A stretch of 64,000 nucleotides of DNA from Sphingorhabdus sp. (GTDB taxonomy: Bacteria > Pseudomonadota > Alphaproteobacteria > Sphingomonadales > Sphingomonadaceae): assembly GCA_040007915.1 (NCBI GenBank), contig JBDTUD010000008.1, forward strand, positions 934-64,933, in the 5' to 3' direction. The translations under genes were made by a program, and so were the position numbers. Position 1 is the stretch's first letter, and the number at the start of each line of letters is the position of its first letter. Under the pieces are notes generated by a model. The model had not been told where the DNA came from. It did not search any database and worked only from the letters and a program-made list of their open reading frames with translations. Positions 34,940 to 43,102 of this stretch are shown in pieces.

Positions 34940-35241
34940 GGACGTTGGCATTGGCAGTGCTACTGACCGGTTGCACAACCCCCGAACGCGAAGCACCTTA
35001 TACAACCGAGCGGGTTCCTGTTGAAAAAGCGGGTGGCTTTGAATGCACTGCAGACCCGTTACAATATGCTATAGGTCAAAAGACCAGCGTTGCGCTTGCG
35101 CTGGAATTAATGGCAAAATCCGGGGCAACTATATTGCGCTGGATACCCCCGCGCACTGCCGTCACCATGGATTTCAATCCGGCAAGGCTGAACATCAGTT
35201 ATGATGACGACATGGTCATAAACCGCGTTAGCTGCGGCTAG
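34936..35241 (+). CDS. peptidase inhibitor I78 family lipoprotein
   Basis: Lipobox LTGC, then the C...GQ.....RWIPP...VTMDF...RLNI..D....I..V.CG pattern. Confidence 0.7.
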   Translation: MRTLALAVLLTGCTTPEREAPYTTERVPVEKAGGFECTADPLQYAIGQKTSVALALELMAKSGATILRWIPPRTAVTMDFNPARLNISYDDDMVINRVSCG

Positions 35242-35861
35242 ACACCCAATACCTGCTTCACCAAAGCCAGATTGATCGGAGCGTTTTCTGCCAGCGCCAA
35301 AGCATTGGCCGCACGGGCAAAACCTTCAATCGCCACATGGCTGCGTTCGACACGCCGCTTTACGTAACCGAGGGCATCCGCGGTGATTGTAGTGCCTCGG
35401 GTGGCGAGATGTTTCTGGATGAGTTGCTCGATCAACTCATCATCGGGTACGCCGATTTCCAGCAACATCGCCGCTGCCAGCCGTGAGCGCAGATCGGGTA
35501 GCGATATCTGCCAGTCCGCCGGTCGCCAGCGGGACACCAAAAGCAGGGGCACGCTGTTTTCCTGCGCCCGGTTCCATGCGTTGAACAGGGTTTCGGCACC
35601 ACTCGTATCGGCATCATCGATAACCGTGCAGCCAACCTGCGTCGCGAAATAGCGCGCCATCAGGCTTTTGCCAGAACGTGCGGGGCCGGTCAGAATCGCA
35701 CATCGCCCGGGCCAGACTGCCGCATTGCCCAGACCGGCAAAAACCCCTGCGTTGGAATCGGTGATGATCAGGCTCGAAGATGCACCGGTCCGGAGTTCAT
35801 CGAGTGGCAAAGCTATCTGGCGCAGATTAACGGACCTGCTTTGGCAGCGCTGGAGGCACAT
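35238..35861 (-). CDS. hdaA: DnaA-related regulatory protein (HdaA-like)
   Basis: QIALPL N-terminal motif, Walker A GPARSGKS and a DnaA domain III-like core. The start is uncertain; ATG 35861 overlaps the upstream gene by 35 nt. Confidence 0.65.
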   Translation of the reverse strand: MCLQRCQSRSVNLRQIALPLDELRTGASSSLIITDSNAGVFAGLGNAAVWPGRCAILTGPARSGKSLMARYFATQVGCTVIDDADTSGAETLFNAWNRAQENSVPLLLVSRWRPADWQISLPDLRSRLAAAMLLEIGVPDDELIEQLIQKHLATRGTTITADALGYVKRRVERSHVAIEGFARAANALALAENAPINLALVKQVLGV

Positions 35862-36906
35862 TAGGTTGATCACCGCCGTCACTCTCGGCTTCCGGAACGA
35901 TTGACCGGACAACATCATCAAGCGAAGGCGCTTCTGCACCGAGATCCGGGATGCCTGTCTCTTCGACCGGCGCTTCCTCGTCCAGGGTTTCCAGATCTTC
36001 CTCCTCGATAACCTCCGGCTCAAGCACCAGCGATGCATCGGCACGCAACCGACCGTCGGCAAGCGCCGACTGGAACAGTTGGTCCATCTTGATTACAGCC
36101 TGATCCATCATCGCAGGGATTCCGGCGCTGGTCGGAACCCGCAAGCTGAAGGCACCTAAAAACTTGTTATCCGGGCCGTAACGCGCAGAAAAGCGACCGA
36201 TCACCGGCCCACCCGGCCATTGCCGTTCGATCCGTGCAATCGGGATAATTACATCTGCCGCGCCGAACTGGTCCAATATGGTACGCCACCAGATACGGCT
36301 GCGCCGGTCCATCTGACCCGCATTCAATAGCAGCGATTCGCCCCCTGCCCCGCTCGGCCGGACATAATCGACCGTGCTGTCGGCGGTACGATATTTCGCC
36401 CAGCTGCGCTGCCATGAGGTGCGCTGTTCAAAAACCGTCGGCGCTCCCGCCGAATAAGTGACCGGCAACAACAACAACGGCGCCGACCGGCGGACAACAC
36501 CTGCCACGCCAAGCAATTGCCCCGCGCGAGCGCGGTCAAACAATACGCCAAGCTTCGCCACATAACGGCGCGGGCCGACTTGTTCTTGTTCGACCACAAT
36601 CGCCGCGACAATACCGTCCAGCGTCGAATCGGATAACATGGCCCCGGCGCTCCCATGGGTTCTCTTCCAAAGCGAACCCCACGCCAGTCGCTGGGCTTCT
36701 TCCCAGCCCTTTCGCCGCGCCTCAAATGCGTCTTTGCCGGTGACATTTACCTCGACGCCGGTGACTTCAAAGTCCCCCGTGCTGGCAATCGGCGCGATTC
36801 CCCGTTTGGGGCCTTCGATCTGGGCGACGACAATGCTGCCGGTGACCAGCGCCAACGGCAAGCCAATACCCAAAAGTTTGAACCAATTTCCGCCCGACTT
36901 TATCAT
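35827..36906 (-). CDS. conserved hypothetical membrane-anchored protein with an acidic C-terminal tail
   Basis: One N-terminal TM helix and a C-terminal E/D/P-rich tail. ATG 36906 follows AAAGGTG. Family not recognised. Confidence 0.6.
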   Translation of the reverse strand: MIKSGGNWFKLLGIGLPLALVTGSIVVAQIEGPKRGIAPIASTGDFEVTGVEVNVTGKDAFEARRKGWEEAQRLAWGSLWKRTHGSAGAMLSDSTLDGIVAAIVVEQEQVGPRRYVAKLGVLFDRARAGQLLGVAGVVRRSAPLLLLPVTYSAGAPTVFEQRTSWQRSWAKYRTADSTVDYVRPSGAGGESLLLNAGQMDRRSRIWWRTILDQFGAADVIIPIARIERQWPGGPVIGRFSARYGPDNKFLGAFSLRVPTSAGIPAMMDQAVIKMDQLFQSALADGRLRADASLVLEPEVIEEEDLETLDEEAPVEETGIPDLGAEAPSLDDVVRSIVPEAESDGGDQPNVPPALPKQVR

Positions 36907-36967
36907 TGCCGCACCTTTAGGCGACATAGACGTGGAATTCCAAGCCTGTTCTCGCTAACGGCGATAA

Positions 36968-38074
36968 ATGGATAGCAAACACAACCAAGCCGAACCCTAT
37001 ACCTACGCCAAAGCTGGCGTTTCGATTGATGCGGGCAACGCGCTCGTACGGGCGATTGCCCCGTTGGCCAAGGCAACGCGGCGGGCGGGCGCGGATGCCG
37101 ATCTGGGCGGATTTGGAGGGTTCTTTGATCTGAAGGCCGCCGGTTTTAACGATCCGCTTTTGGTCGCCGCCAATGACGGCGTTGGCACCAAGTTGAAATT
37201 GGCCATCGATTCGGGTCGGCACGAAGGCGTCGGCATCGATCTGGTGGCTATGTGCGTCAATGACCTGATCGTGCAGGGGGCCGAGCCACTTTTCTTCCTC
37301 GATTATTACGCCAGCGGCAAACTCGACCTTGATGTCGCCACCGCCGTGGTCGCCAGCATTGCCGAAGGGTGCAAGCTTGCCGGCTGCGCGCTAATCGGCG
37401 GCGAGACAGCGGAAATGCCCGGGATGTATTCGGACGGCGATTATGATCTTGCCGGTTTCTGCGTCGGCGCGGTGGAACGCGATCAGGTGCTGACGGCGGA
37501 CAAGATTGCCGACGGCGACGTGCTGTTGGGGCTGGCGTCGTCGGGCATCCATTCCAACGGATTTTCGCTGGTGCGGCGCTTGGCGGCGGACAAGGGCTGG
37601 AAACTCGACCGGCCTGCGCTTTTTGACCAAGATGTCATCCTGATCGACGCGCTGATGGCACCAACGCGGATTTACGTGAAGTCGTTGCTGCCTTTGGTGC
37701 GCACCGGCAAGATCCACGCGATGGCCCATATCACTGGCGGCGGGTTGCTGGAAAATATCCCGCGCGTCCTGCCCGCTGGCCTCCATGCTTATGTCAATGC
37801 CAATGCTTGGGAGCAACCGCGTTTGATGGCGTTCCTGCAAGCGCAGGGCAATATCGAGCCCGAAGAAATGGCGCGGACATTCAACTGCGGTGTTGGCATG
37901 GTGATTGCGGTTGCCGAAGCCGATGTGGCCGATGTGACGGTCGCGCTTGAGGCGGCTGGCGAAACCGTCCACCGCATTGGCCACATCGCGGCGGGTGAGA
38001 AAGGCTGCACCGTGTCGGGCAGCGCCGAGACCTGGAGCGCGATGGAGGATTGGACCGCGACGCATGCGGGGTGA
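36968..38074 (+). CDS. purM: phosphoribosylformylglycinamidine cyclo-ligase
   Basis: DGVGTK and GGETAEMPG motifs with full-length PurM similarity. Confidence 0.97.
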   Translation: MDSKHNQAEPYTYAKAGVSIDAGNALVRAIAPLAKATRRAGADADLGGFGGFFDLKAAGFNDPLLVAANDGVGTKLKLAIDSGRHEGVGIDLVAMCVNDLIVQGAEPLFFLDYYASGKLDLDVATAVVASIAEGCKLAGCALIGGETAEMPGMYSDGDYDLAGFCVGAVERDQVLTADKIADGDVLLGLASSGIHSNGFSLVRRLAADKGWKLDRPALFDQDVILIDALMAPTRIYVKSLLPLVRTGKIHAMAHITGGGLLENIPRVLPAGLHAYVNANAWEQPRLMAFLQAQGNIEPEEMARTFNCGVGMVIAVAEADVADVTVALEAAGETVHRIGHIAAGEKGCTVSGSAETWSAMEDWTATHAG

Positions 38075-38081
38075 TGCTCTC

Positions 38082-38222
38082 CTTAATCCTCCCCGAACCG
38101 GGGAGGTAGCAGTCCTAAGGACTGACGGAGGGGTCCCACCGCTCAGCATCAGAGCAACCTCACCGTGGGCCCCCTCCACCACGCTACGCGCGGTCCCCCT
38201 CCCCGTTCCGGGGAGGATTAAG
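38082..38222. repeat. 141-bp nested palindromic element between purM and purN
   Basis: Terminal arms CTTAATCCTCCCCGAACCGGGGAGG and CCTCCCCGTTCCGGGGAGGATTAAG are inverted. Inner pair GGAGGGGTCCCAC / GTGGGCCCCCTCC is inverted with one mismatch. Confidence 0.85.
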
Positions 38223-39169
38223 TGAAAGCCAAAGTCGCCGTCCTGATCTCCGGCACGGGCACCAATATGGCTGCCCTGCTCTACGCCGCCAAATCCGCCG
38301 ATGCCCGGTATGAAATCGCTTTGGTCGCCAGCAACAATCCGCAAGCCGACGGTCTGAAGCTTGCCGCAGCGGAAGGCATCTCCACCTTCGCCCATCCGCA
38401 TAAGGGCATGACCCGCGAAGCGCATGACGCGATCATGCACGACGCGATCACCGCCGCCGGTGCCGATTATGTCGTGCTGGCCGGATATATGCGCATTCTC
38501 TCTGACGGCTTTGTGGGCCAGTGGGAAGGAAGAATGCTCAACATCCACCCATCGCTGTTACCCAAATATAAGGGCCTCCACACCCACCAGCGCGCAATTG
38601 ACGCGGGCGATGCCCATGGTGGGTGCAGCGTACATCTGGTGACGGCGGAACTTGATGACGGCCCAGTGCTGGGCCAGACGGCAGTTGCCATATGGCCAGA
38701 CGACACCGCCGAAACGCTGGCGGCACGCGTACTGATCGCCGAGCACCAGCTTTATTCGCGGACTCTCGCCGATTATGTGTCACGCGAGGCCGATCCGGAC
38801 TGGTTGGTCTCCAAGGTCCGCGAACGCGCGCTTGCACAGCCGGAAACCGATGAGGTCACCTCACACGGCATGCCCTGCTTCGGCATCATCGGCGGCAAGA
38901 AATTCGCTTATGTGTCGATGGACCATCACGGCGACGGCAAGACCGCGTTGCTGGTTAAAATCAGCGGCGCGGAAGAACAGGCGATGCTGATCGACAGCGA
39001 CCCCGACCGATACTACCGCCCCGCTTATTTCGGTGACGGCTGGATCGGCATCAGGCTCGATCTGGGCGATACCGACTGGGACCATATCGGCGAATGGCTC
39101 GCCAGAAGCTGGCTGTCGGTTGCGCCGAAAAAGTTGACCAAGCTGATGGATGTCGCTGGGGAGTTTTGA
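38222..39169 (+). CDS. purN: phosphoribosylglycinamide formyltransferase fused to a C-terminal YjbR/MmcQ-like domain
   Basis: N-terminal about 195 aa is PurN (VLISGTGTNM, NIHPSLLP). C-terminal about 115 aa (GGKKFAYVS...LLVKIS...YYRPAYFGDGWIGIRLD) looks YjbR-like. GTG start. Confidence 0.85.
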   Translation: MKAKVAVLISGTGTNMAALLYAAKSADARYEIALVASNNPQADGLKLAAAEGISTFAHPHKGMTREAHDAIMHDAITAAGADYVVLAGYMRILSDGFVGQWEGRMLNIHPSLLPKYKGLHTHQRAIDAGDAHGGCSVHLVTAELDDGPVLGQTAVAIWPDDTAETLAARVLIAEHQLYSRTLADYVSREADPDWLVSKVRERALAQPETDEVTSHGMPCFGIIGGKKFAYVSMDHHGDGKTALLVKISGAEEQAMLIDSDPDRYYRPAYFGDGWIGIRLDLGDTDWDHIGEWLARSWLSVAPKKLTKLMDVAGEF

Positions 39170-39201
39170 TGGTGAGAGTAGATAGGATGAGAGCTAAACT
39201 C

Positions 39202-39289
39202 CCGTCGCACCAGCGCAGGCTGGTGCCCATCACGTCTTTCAGCGCAAACCGTAAGGCGAGAAAGGCACCAGCCTGCGCAGGTGCGACGG
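39202..39289. repeat. REPIN-like doublet
   Basis: Arm CCGTCGCACCAGCGCAGGCTGGTGCC (39202-39227) versus the reverse complement of 39264-39289 has 1 mismatch. The spacer is 36 nt and begins CATCACG. Confidence 0.85.
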
Positions 39290-39351
39290 AGTGTTGCAAT
39301 TCAGTATTGGCTTACCCAACAATCTCAACAGGCTTAGAGTATCCGTGATGG

Positions 39352-39672
39352 TCAAGCGATAGTTTCCACCCAGGTTCGGTTGGCTTTAAGCAGAGCGTTA
39401 GCGGTGACAATCAGCTTGCGCATGACGGCAGTGATGGCGACTTTGGCTGGTTTTCCGAGAGCGATCAGCTGGGCATATTTGGTTTTGAGGATGTGATCGC
39501 GCGACAAGGCGCCGTTGATGATCTTGACGCCCAGTTCATCGCAGACCTGCCGGATGATCTCGCGCACCCGCAGGCGGACCTCGCCGTGAAGCACCTTGAA
39601 CCGATATTTGGGTGCCCAAACGATATGGTAGCGATGATGAAAAGTCGTGTGACAACCCTTGCTATATGCCAT
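39352..39672 (-). pseudogene. chimeric transposase remnant: IS200/IS605 TnpA N-terminus fused to an IS110-family C-terminus
   Basis: MAYSKGCHTTFHHRYHIVWAPKYRFKVL...SRDHI stops inside the HUH motif. It then continues as YAQLIALGKPAKVAITAVMRKLIVTANALLKANRTW, a typical IS110-family C-terminus. Confidence 0.75.
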
Positions 39673-39741
39673 AGTCTGTAACCTCGGAAAAAAGGAACTT
39701 AACGCCCTTCGGGCTGTTCCTTTTTTCCGAGGTTACAGACT
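39673..39741 (-). promoter_or_regulatory. perfect 26-bp-stem hairpin abutting the tnpA remnant start codon
   Basis: 39673-39698 is the exact reverse complement of 39716-39741, with a 17-nt loop containing GCCC-TTC-GGGC. The stem covers the GAGG 11 nt upstream of the ATG, as in IS200 RBS-sequestering structures. Confidence 0.7.
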
Positions 39742-39877
39742 AAACACCGAGTCGAAGGCTGAAGCCAGTATCCGACTGAAGTCGGAGGGGTTACTCCTTT
39801 AAGAGGACTCTAAAAAAACAGGCACTTTCAATCGCCACATTCTTGTCGCTGCTCGGCTCAAGCCAAACCGACGTTAC

Positions 39878-40132
39878 TTATCCAGCCTTGATTTCTGATT
39901 CATCAACAACCGGTCGGCTCTCTCGCGTGCCACGATAACGGGATTCGGGGTCATTGGCATCGCCCGCTATGATGACATAATCATCATGCACCTCGACCAG
40001 CTTGCCGACAAAGGGGAAGCCCTCAAGGCTCCCGGTTACGCGGTAGCTAACCTCGTCACCGGGCTTGAATGTCGCCGGATCAAAATTGAATTCAAAGGGG
40101 CAATTTTCGCCGCCCTCACCCATGCCTTGCAT
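39878..40132 (-). CDS. small hypothetical protein (84 aa)
   Basis: Track ORF 39878..40183. ATG 40132 follows GAGGAG. Family not recognised. Confidence 0.45.
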   Translation of the reverse strand: MQGMGEGGENCPFEFNFDPATFKPGDEVSYRVTGSLEGFPFVGKLVEVHDDYVIIAGDANDPESRYRGTRESRPVVDESEIKAG

Positions 40133-40192
40133 AAACTGTCTCCTCGCAACGGTGATGTAACGCGGGCAGTCAGCAATGTGCAAGGGCCGGAC

Positions 40193-40226
40193 AAGAAAAA
40201 GGCCGCCAAATCGCTCTGGCGGGCCT
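40193..40226 (-). terminator. rho-independent terminator downstream of ndk
   Basis: Minus strand reads GGCCCGCCA-GAGCGATT-TGGCGGCC followed by TTTTTCTT. Confidence 0.65.
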
Positions 40227-40236
40227 TCTTATAATT

Positions 40237-40323
40237 CCGTCGCTCCAGCGAAGGCTGGAGCCCATCACGCCTGTCGTTCTCGCCGAGACACGAGATAGGC
40301 CCCAGCCTACGCTGGGGCGACGG
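40237..40323. repeat. REPIN-like doublet
   Basis: Arm CCGTCGCTCCAGCGAAGGCTGGAGCC (40237-40262). The reverse complement of 40298-40323 is CCGTCGCCCCAGCGTAGGCTGGGGCC. The spacer is 35 nt and begins CATCACG. Confidence 0.85.
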
Positions 40324-40339
40324 ACCATTTCAGGCTTGT

Positions 40340-40762
40340 TCAGCCGACGATTTCTTCCGGCTTGAAAAAATAGGCAATCTCAATCGCCGCATTCTCATCG
40401 CTGTCGGAACCGTGGACGGTATTGGCTTCAATGCTTTCGGCCAGTTCTTTACGGATCGTGCCGGGTTCGGCATTTTCCGGGTTGGTGGCGCCCATGATGT
40501 CGCGATTGGCTTGCATGGCGTTTTCGCCTTCAAGCACCTGGACAACGACGGGGCCGGAAATCATGAATTCGACCAGTTCGCCAAAGAACGGGCGTTCCTT
40601 GTGGACGGCGTAAAAGCCTTCGGCCTGTTCGCGGCTCATGTGGATGCGCTTGGAGGCAACGACGCGAAGGCCTGCTTCTTCCAGCATCTTGGTGACCGCG
40701 CCGGTGATGTTACGGCGGGTGGCGTCGGGCTTGATGATCGAAAACGTACGGGTAACCGCCAT
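40340..40762 (-). CDS. ndk: nucleoside-diphosphate kinase
   Basis: [14 protein letters not shown]...NTVHGSDS active-site His region; 140 aa. Confidence 0.97.
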   Translation of the reverse strand: MAVTRTFSIIKPDATRRNITGAVTKMLEEAGLRVVASKRIHMSREQAEGFYAVHKERPFFGELVEFMISGPVVVQVLEGENAMQANRDIMGATNPENAEPGTIRKELAESIEANTVHGSDSDENAAIEIAYFFKPEEIVG

Positions 40763-40927
40763 GGGAGAGCTCCATTATTTGGGGGTGAATAAGTTGGCGC
40801 GCATCTAGCTGTTGCGGACAGCCAAGGCAAGGGGGTGACGCTCGTTGTCCCAAATACCGTAAAGCCCATCGAAGTGCGGGGGTCGGCGGTGTGCATCGAC
40901 CGGCAATTCTACCCTAATTAGAAATAT

Positions 40928-41001
40928 TGTGCTCCTGCGAAGGCAGGAGCGGTGGCGGCGTTGCTCTATGCCTCCAACGCTCCTGCCTTCGCACGAGCAC
41001 A
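40928..41001. repeat. REPIN-like doublet
   Basis: Arm TGTGCTCCTGCGAAGGCAGGAGCG (40928-40951) versus the reverse complement of 40978-41001 has 1 mismatch. This explains the mirrored MCSCEGRS ORFs on both strands. Confidence 0.85.
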
Positions 41002-41008
41002 TGGACGA

Positions 41009-41446
41009 TTAAGGCCCCTGAACCCATTTGCCACCATCCTGTTTCCAGTAACGGCGCTCGACGCCTTCGCGTTCGCCCAATGCCCGCCATGCTGCACGGG
41101 CGTTTTCGGTGTGGCTGGGCGGGAATAAATAGAATGCGCGGTCAAATTCCAAGGCTTCGTCGCGCCATAGGCCGTCGGCTAGCACAATGAACTTGGCGCC
41201 GTTTGCCGCCGCCGTGTCGGTGGACAGCAGGACCGGTTGAATATTATCGTCACCCTCCCCCGCCTTCGCATGGGCGAGGAAACTTTCGGGTTTCCAGTGC
41301 CACAGCGCCGACGAGATCGTCTCAAGCTGCGCCGTATCGCCGCCCACCACCAGCAAGCGCCCCCCGCCGTCCAGCACACGCTGGGCAATGGCAGGCAGCA
41401 CCTTTTCAGCAGGATCGCGGGTCAGTTGGTAGAAATCGACCTGCAC
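41009..41446 (-). CDS. holC: DNA polymerase III subunit chi
   Basis: MQVDFYQL N-terminus, about 145 aa, located next to pepA as in many proteobacteria. Confidence 0.8.
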   Translation of the reverse strand: MQVDFYQLTRDPAEKVLPAIAQRVLDGGGRLLVVGGDTAQLETISSALWHWKPESFLAHAKAGEGDDNIQPVLLSTDTAAANGAKFIVLADGLWRDEALEFDRAFYLFPPSHTENARAAWRALGEREGVERRYWKQDGGKWVQGP

Positions 41447-41455
41447 TGCCCTTGA

Positions 41456-42913
41456 TCAGCTTTCAAAATTATCGGCCACGAACTGGTCAAGCAAACGCAC
41501 GCCAAATCCGGTTGCGCCCTTGGCCCAGACCGGACCGTCTTTGTCCGCCCAGACCATGCCCGCGATATCGAGATGCGCCCATTTGACGCCGTCTTGGATG
41601 AAGCGCTGCAAAAACTGTGCAGCGGTAATCGAACCTGCACCCTTCGAACCGACATTTTTCATATCGGCAATCGGGCTGTCGATCATCTTGTCATACGCCT
41701 TGGACAGCGGGAAGCGCCATAAGGGGTCGCCCGACTTTTTACCGGCGGCAAACAGCTTGTCCGACAGGTCGTCATCGTTCGAGAACAACCCGGCATATTC
41801 GCTACCCAATGAAACGATAATCGCCCCGGTCAGTGTCGCGAGATCGATCACATATTCCGGATTATAGGTTTTCTGCGCCCAATGCAGCGCATCGCACAAT
41901 ACCAACCGCCCTTCGGCGTCGGTGTTGATAACCTCGATTGTCTGGCCATCCATCGACGTCACAATGTCGCCGGGACGTTGCGCATTACCGTCGGGCATAT
42001 TTTCAACGAGACCGCAGATGCCGACGACATGCGCCTTCGCCTTGCGCCCCGCGAGCGCTTTCATCACGCCCGCTACCGCGCCTGCGCCGCCCATGTCCCA
42101 TTTCATGTCTTCCATGCCCGCCGCAGGCTTGATCGAAATGCCGCCAGTGTCAAAGGTCACACCCTTGCCGACAAAACATACAGGACGTTCCTGCGCGCCG
42201 CCGGTCCCGTCCCAGCGCATCGCCAGCATCCGGGCCGGACGGCGTGATCCTTGGGCGACGCCCAACAGCGCGCCCATGCCAAGCTTCGCCATTTCGGCGT
42301 CGTCGAGTACAGTGATCTCAATGCCAAGCTCTTTCAGATGCTGGCAGCGTTCGACAAAGCTTTCCGGGTAAATGATGTTGGCCGGTTCGGAGACCAGCTC
42401 GCGGGTCAGCATAACGCCGTCGGCAATCGCGGCATGAAGCGGCCACACGGCCACCGCCTCGTCATTAGCACCGACGACGGTCAAAGCTGTCACGCTCGGT
42501 TTCGATGTTTCGGCCAGCTTGGTGCGATATTTGTCGATCCGCCAGTTCCGCAACAGCGCGCCAAAAGCCGCCTCGGCAGCCGCTTTGCCCGACAGGTTGG
42601 TGCCGTGGATGGCGATATGCTTCGCGCCCGAAGTCTGCACCTTGGCGACTATCTCACCGCCAGCCTTTTGGTAATCTCCCCCCTCACCCTCGGCCACGCC
42701 CAGCAGAACGATGCGAACCAGCCGGTCGCCTTCCTCTGCGATCAGCAGGAAGCTCTGCCCCGCGCTGCCATCGAAGCGCGCCAGTTTCGCGGTTTCGCGC
42801 ACCATGCCTGCTTTTTCGAGCGGGAAGACAAAGCTTTGAAAGCTGCTTTTGGTAACGATGAAGGCCAGCACATCGGCTCCGTTGGGACGTTCTGCCGCAA
42901 ATTCGATTTTCAT
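41456..42913 (-). CDS. pepA: leucyl aminopeptidase (M17)
   Basis: GKGVTFDTGG, NTDAEGRL and the M17 catalytic domain. Confidence 0.93.
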   Translation of the reverse strand: MKIEFAAERPNGADVLAFIVTKSSFQSFVFPLEKAGMVRETAKLARFDGSAGQSFLLIAEEGDRLVRIVLLGVAEGEGGDYQKAGGEIVAKVQTSGAKHIAIHGTNLSGKAAAEAAFGALLRNWRIDKYRTKLAETSKPSVTALTVVGANDEAVAVWPLHAAIADGVMLTRELVSEPANIIYPESFVERCQHLKELGIEITVLDDAEMAKLGMGALLGVAQGSRRPARMLAMRWDGTGGAQERPVCFVGKGVTFDTGGISIKPAAGMEDMKWDMGGAGAVAGVMKALAGRKAKAHVVGICGLVENMPDGNAQRPGDIVTSMDGQTIEVINTDAEGRLVLCDALHWAQKTYNPEYVIDLATLTGAIIVSLGSEYAGLFSNDDDLSDKLFAAGKKSGDPLWRFPLSKAYDKMIDSPIADMKNVGSKGAGSITAAQFLQRFIQDGVKWAHLDIAGMVWADKDGPVWAKGATGFGVRLLDQFVADNFES

Positions 42914-43102
42914 GGGGTCTGTCAGCCTTTCCGCTGTCTATATCTTGTTGCGTGGCTCTATAAGCCGATTCTACAGGGCGGTTAAAGCAAAACTATAGGG
43001 GATAACGCCCGTTAACGACAGATATAGACGCGTGCACCGACATGTTTGCCGGTCGGGGCTGGACCATCGGTGAACGCGGCGATAAAGGACTATCCGGTTT
43101 TT

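Larger units (their letters stand above)
39333..39813. mobile_element. decayed composite insertion-sequence scar (IS110-family 3' end joined to IS200/IS605-family 5' end)
   Basis: Bounded by TTAGAGTATCC and GGACTCTAA. Contains the chimeric ORF 39352..39672 and an IS200-style perfect hairpin. The miniature copy at 21920-21992 shares both ends. Confidence 0.7.

Noticed and set aside
39352-39672. Possible functional transposase gene.
   Set aside because: It has only 106 aa. The IS200-type part stops within the HUH catalytic motif and lacks the catalytic tyrosine region. The remainder is an unrelated IS110-family tail, so it is a chimeric remnant rather than an active gene.
40805-41190. Two ORFs on opposite strands that both start MCSCEGRS (40805..41002 minus, 40927..41190 plus).
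   Set aside because: The shared N-terminus arises because both read out of the inverted arms of the 40928-41001 repeat. The plus ORF also runs antisense through holC.
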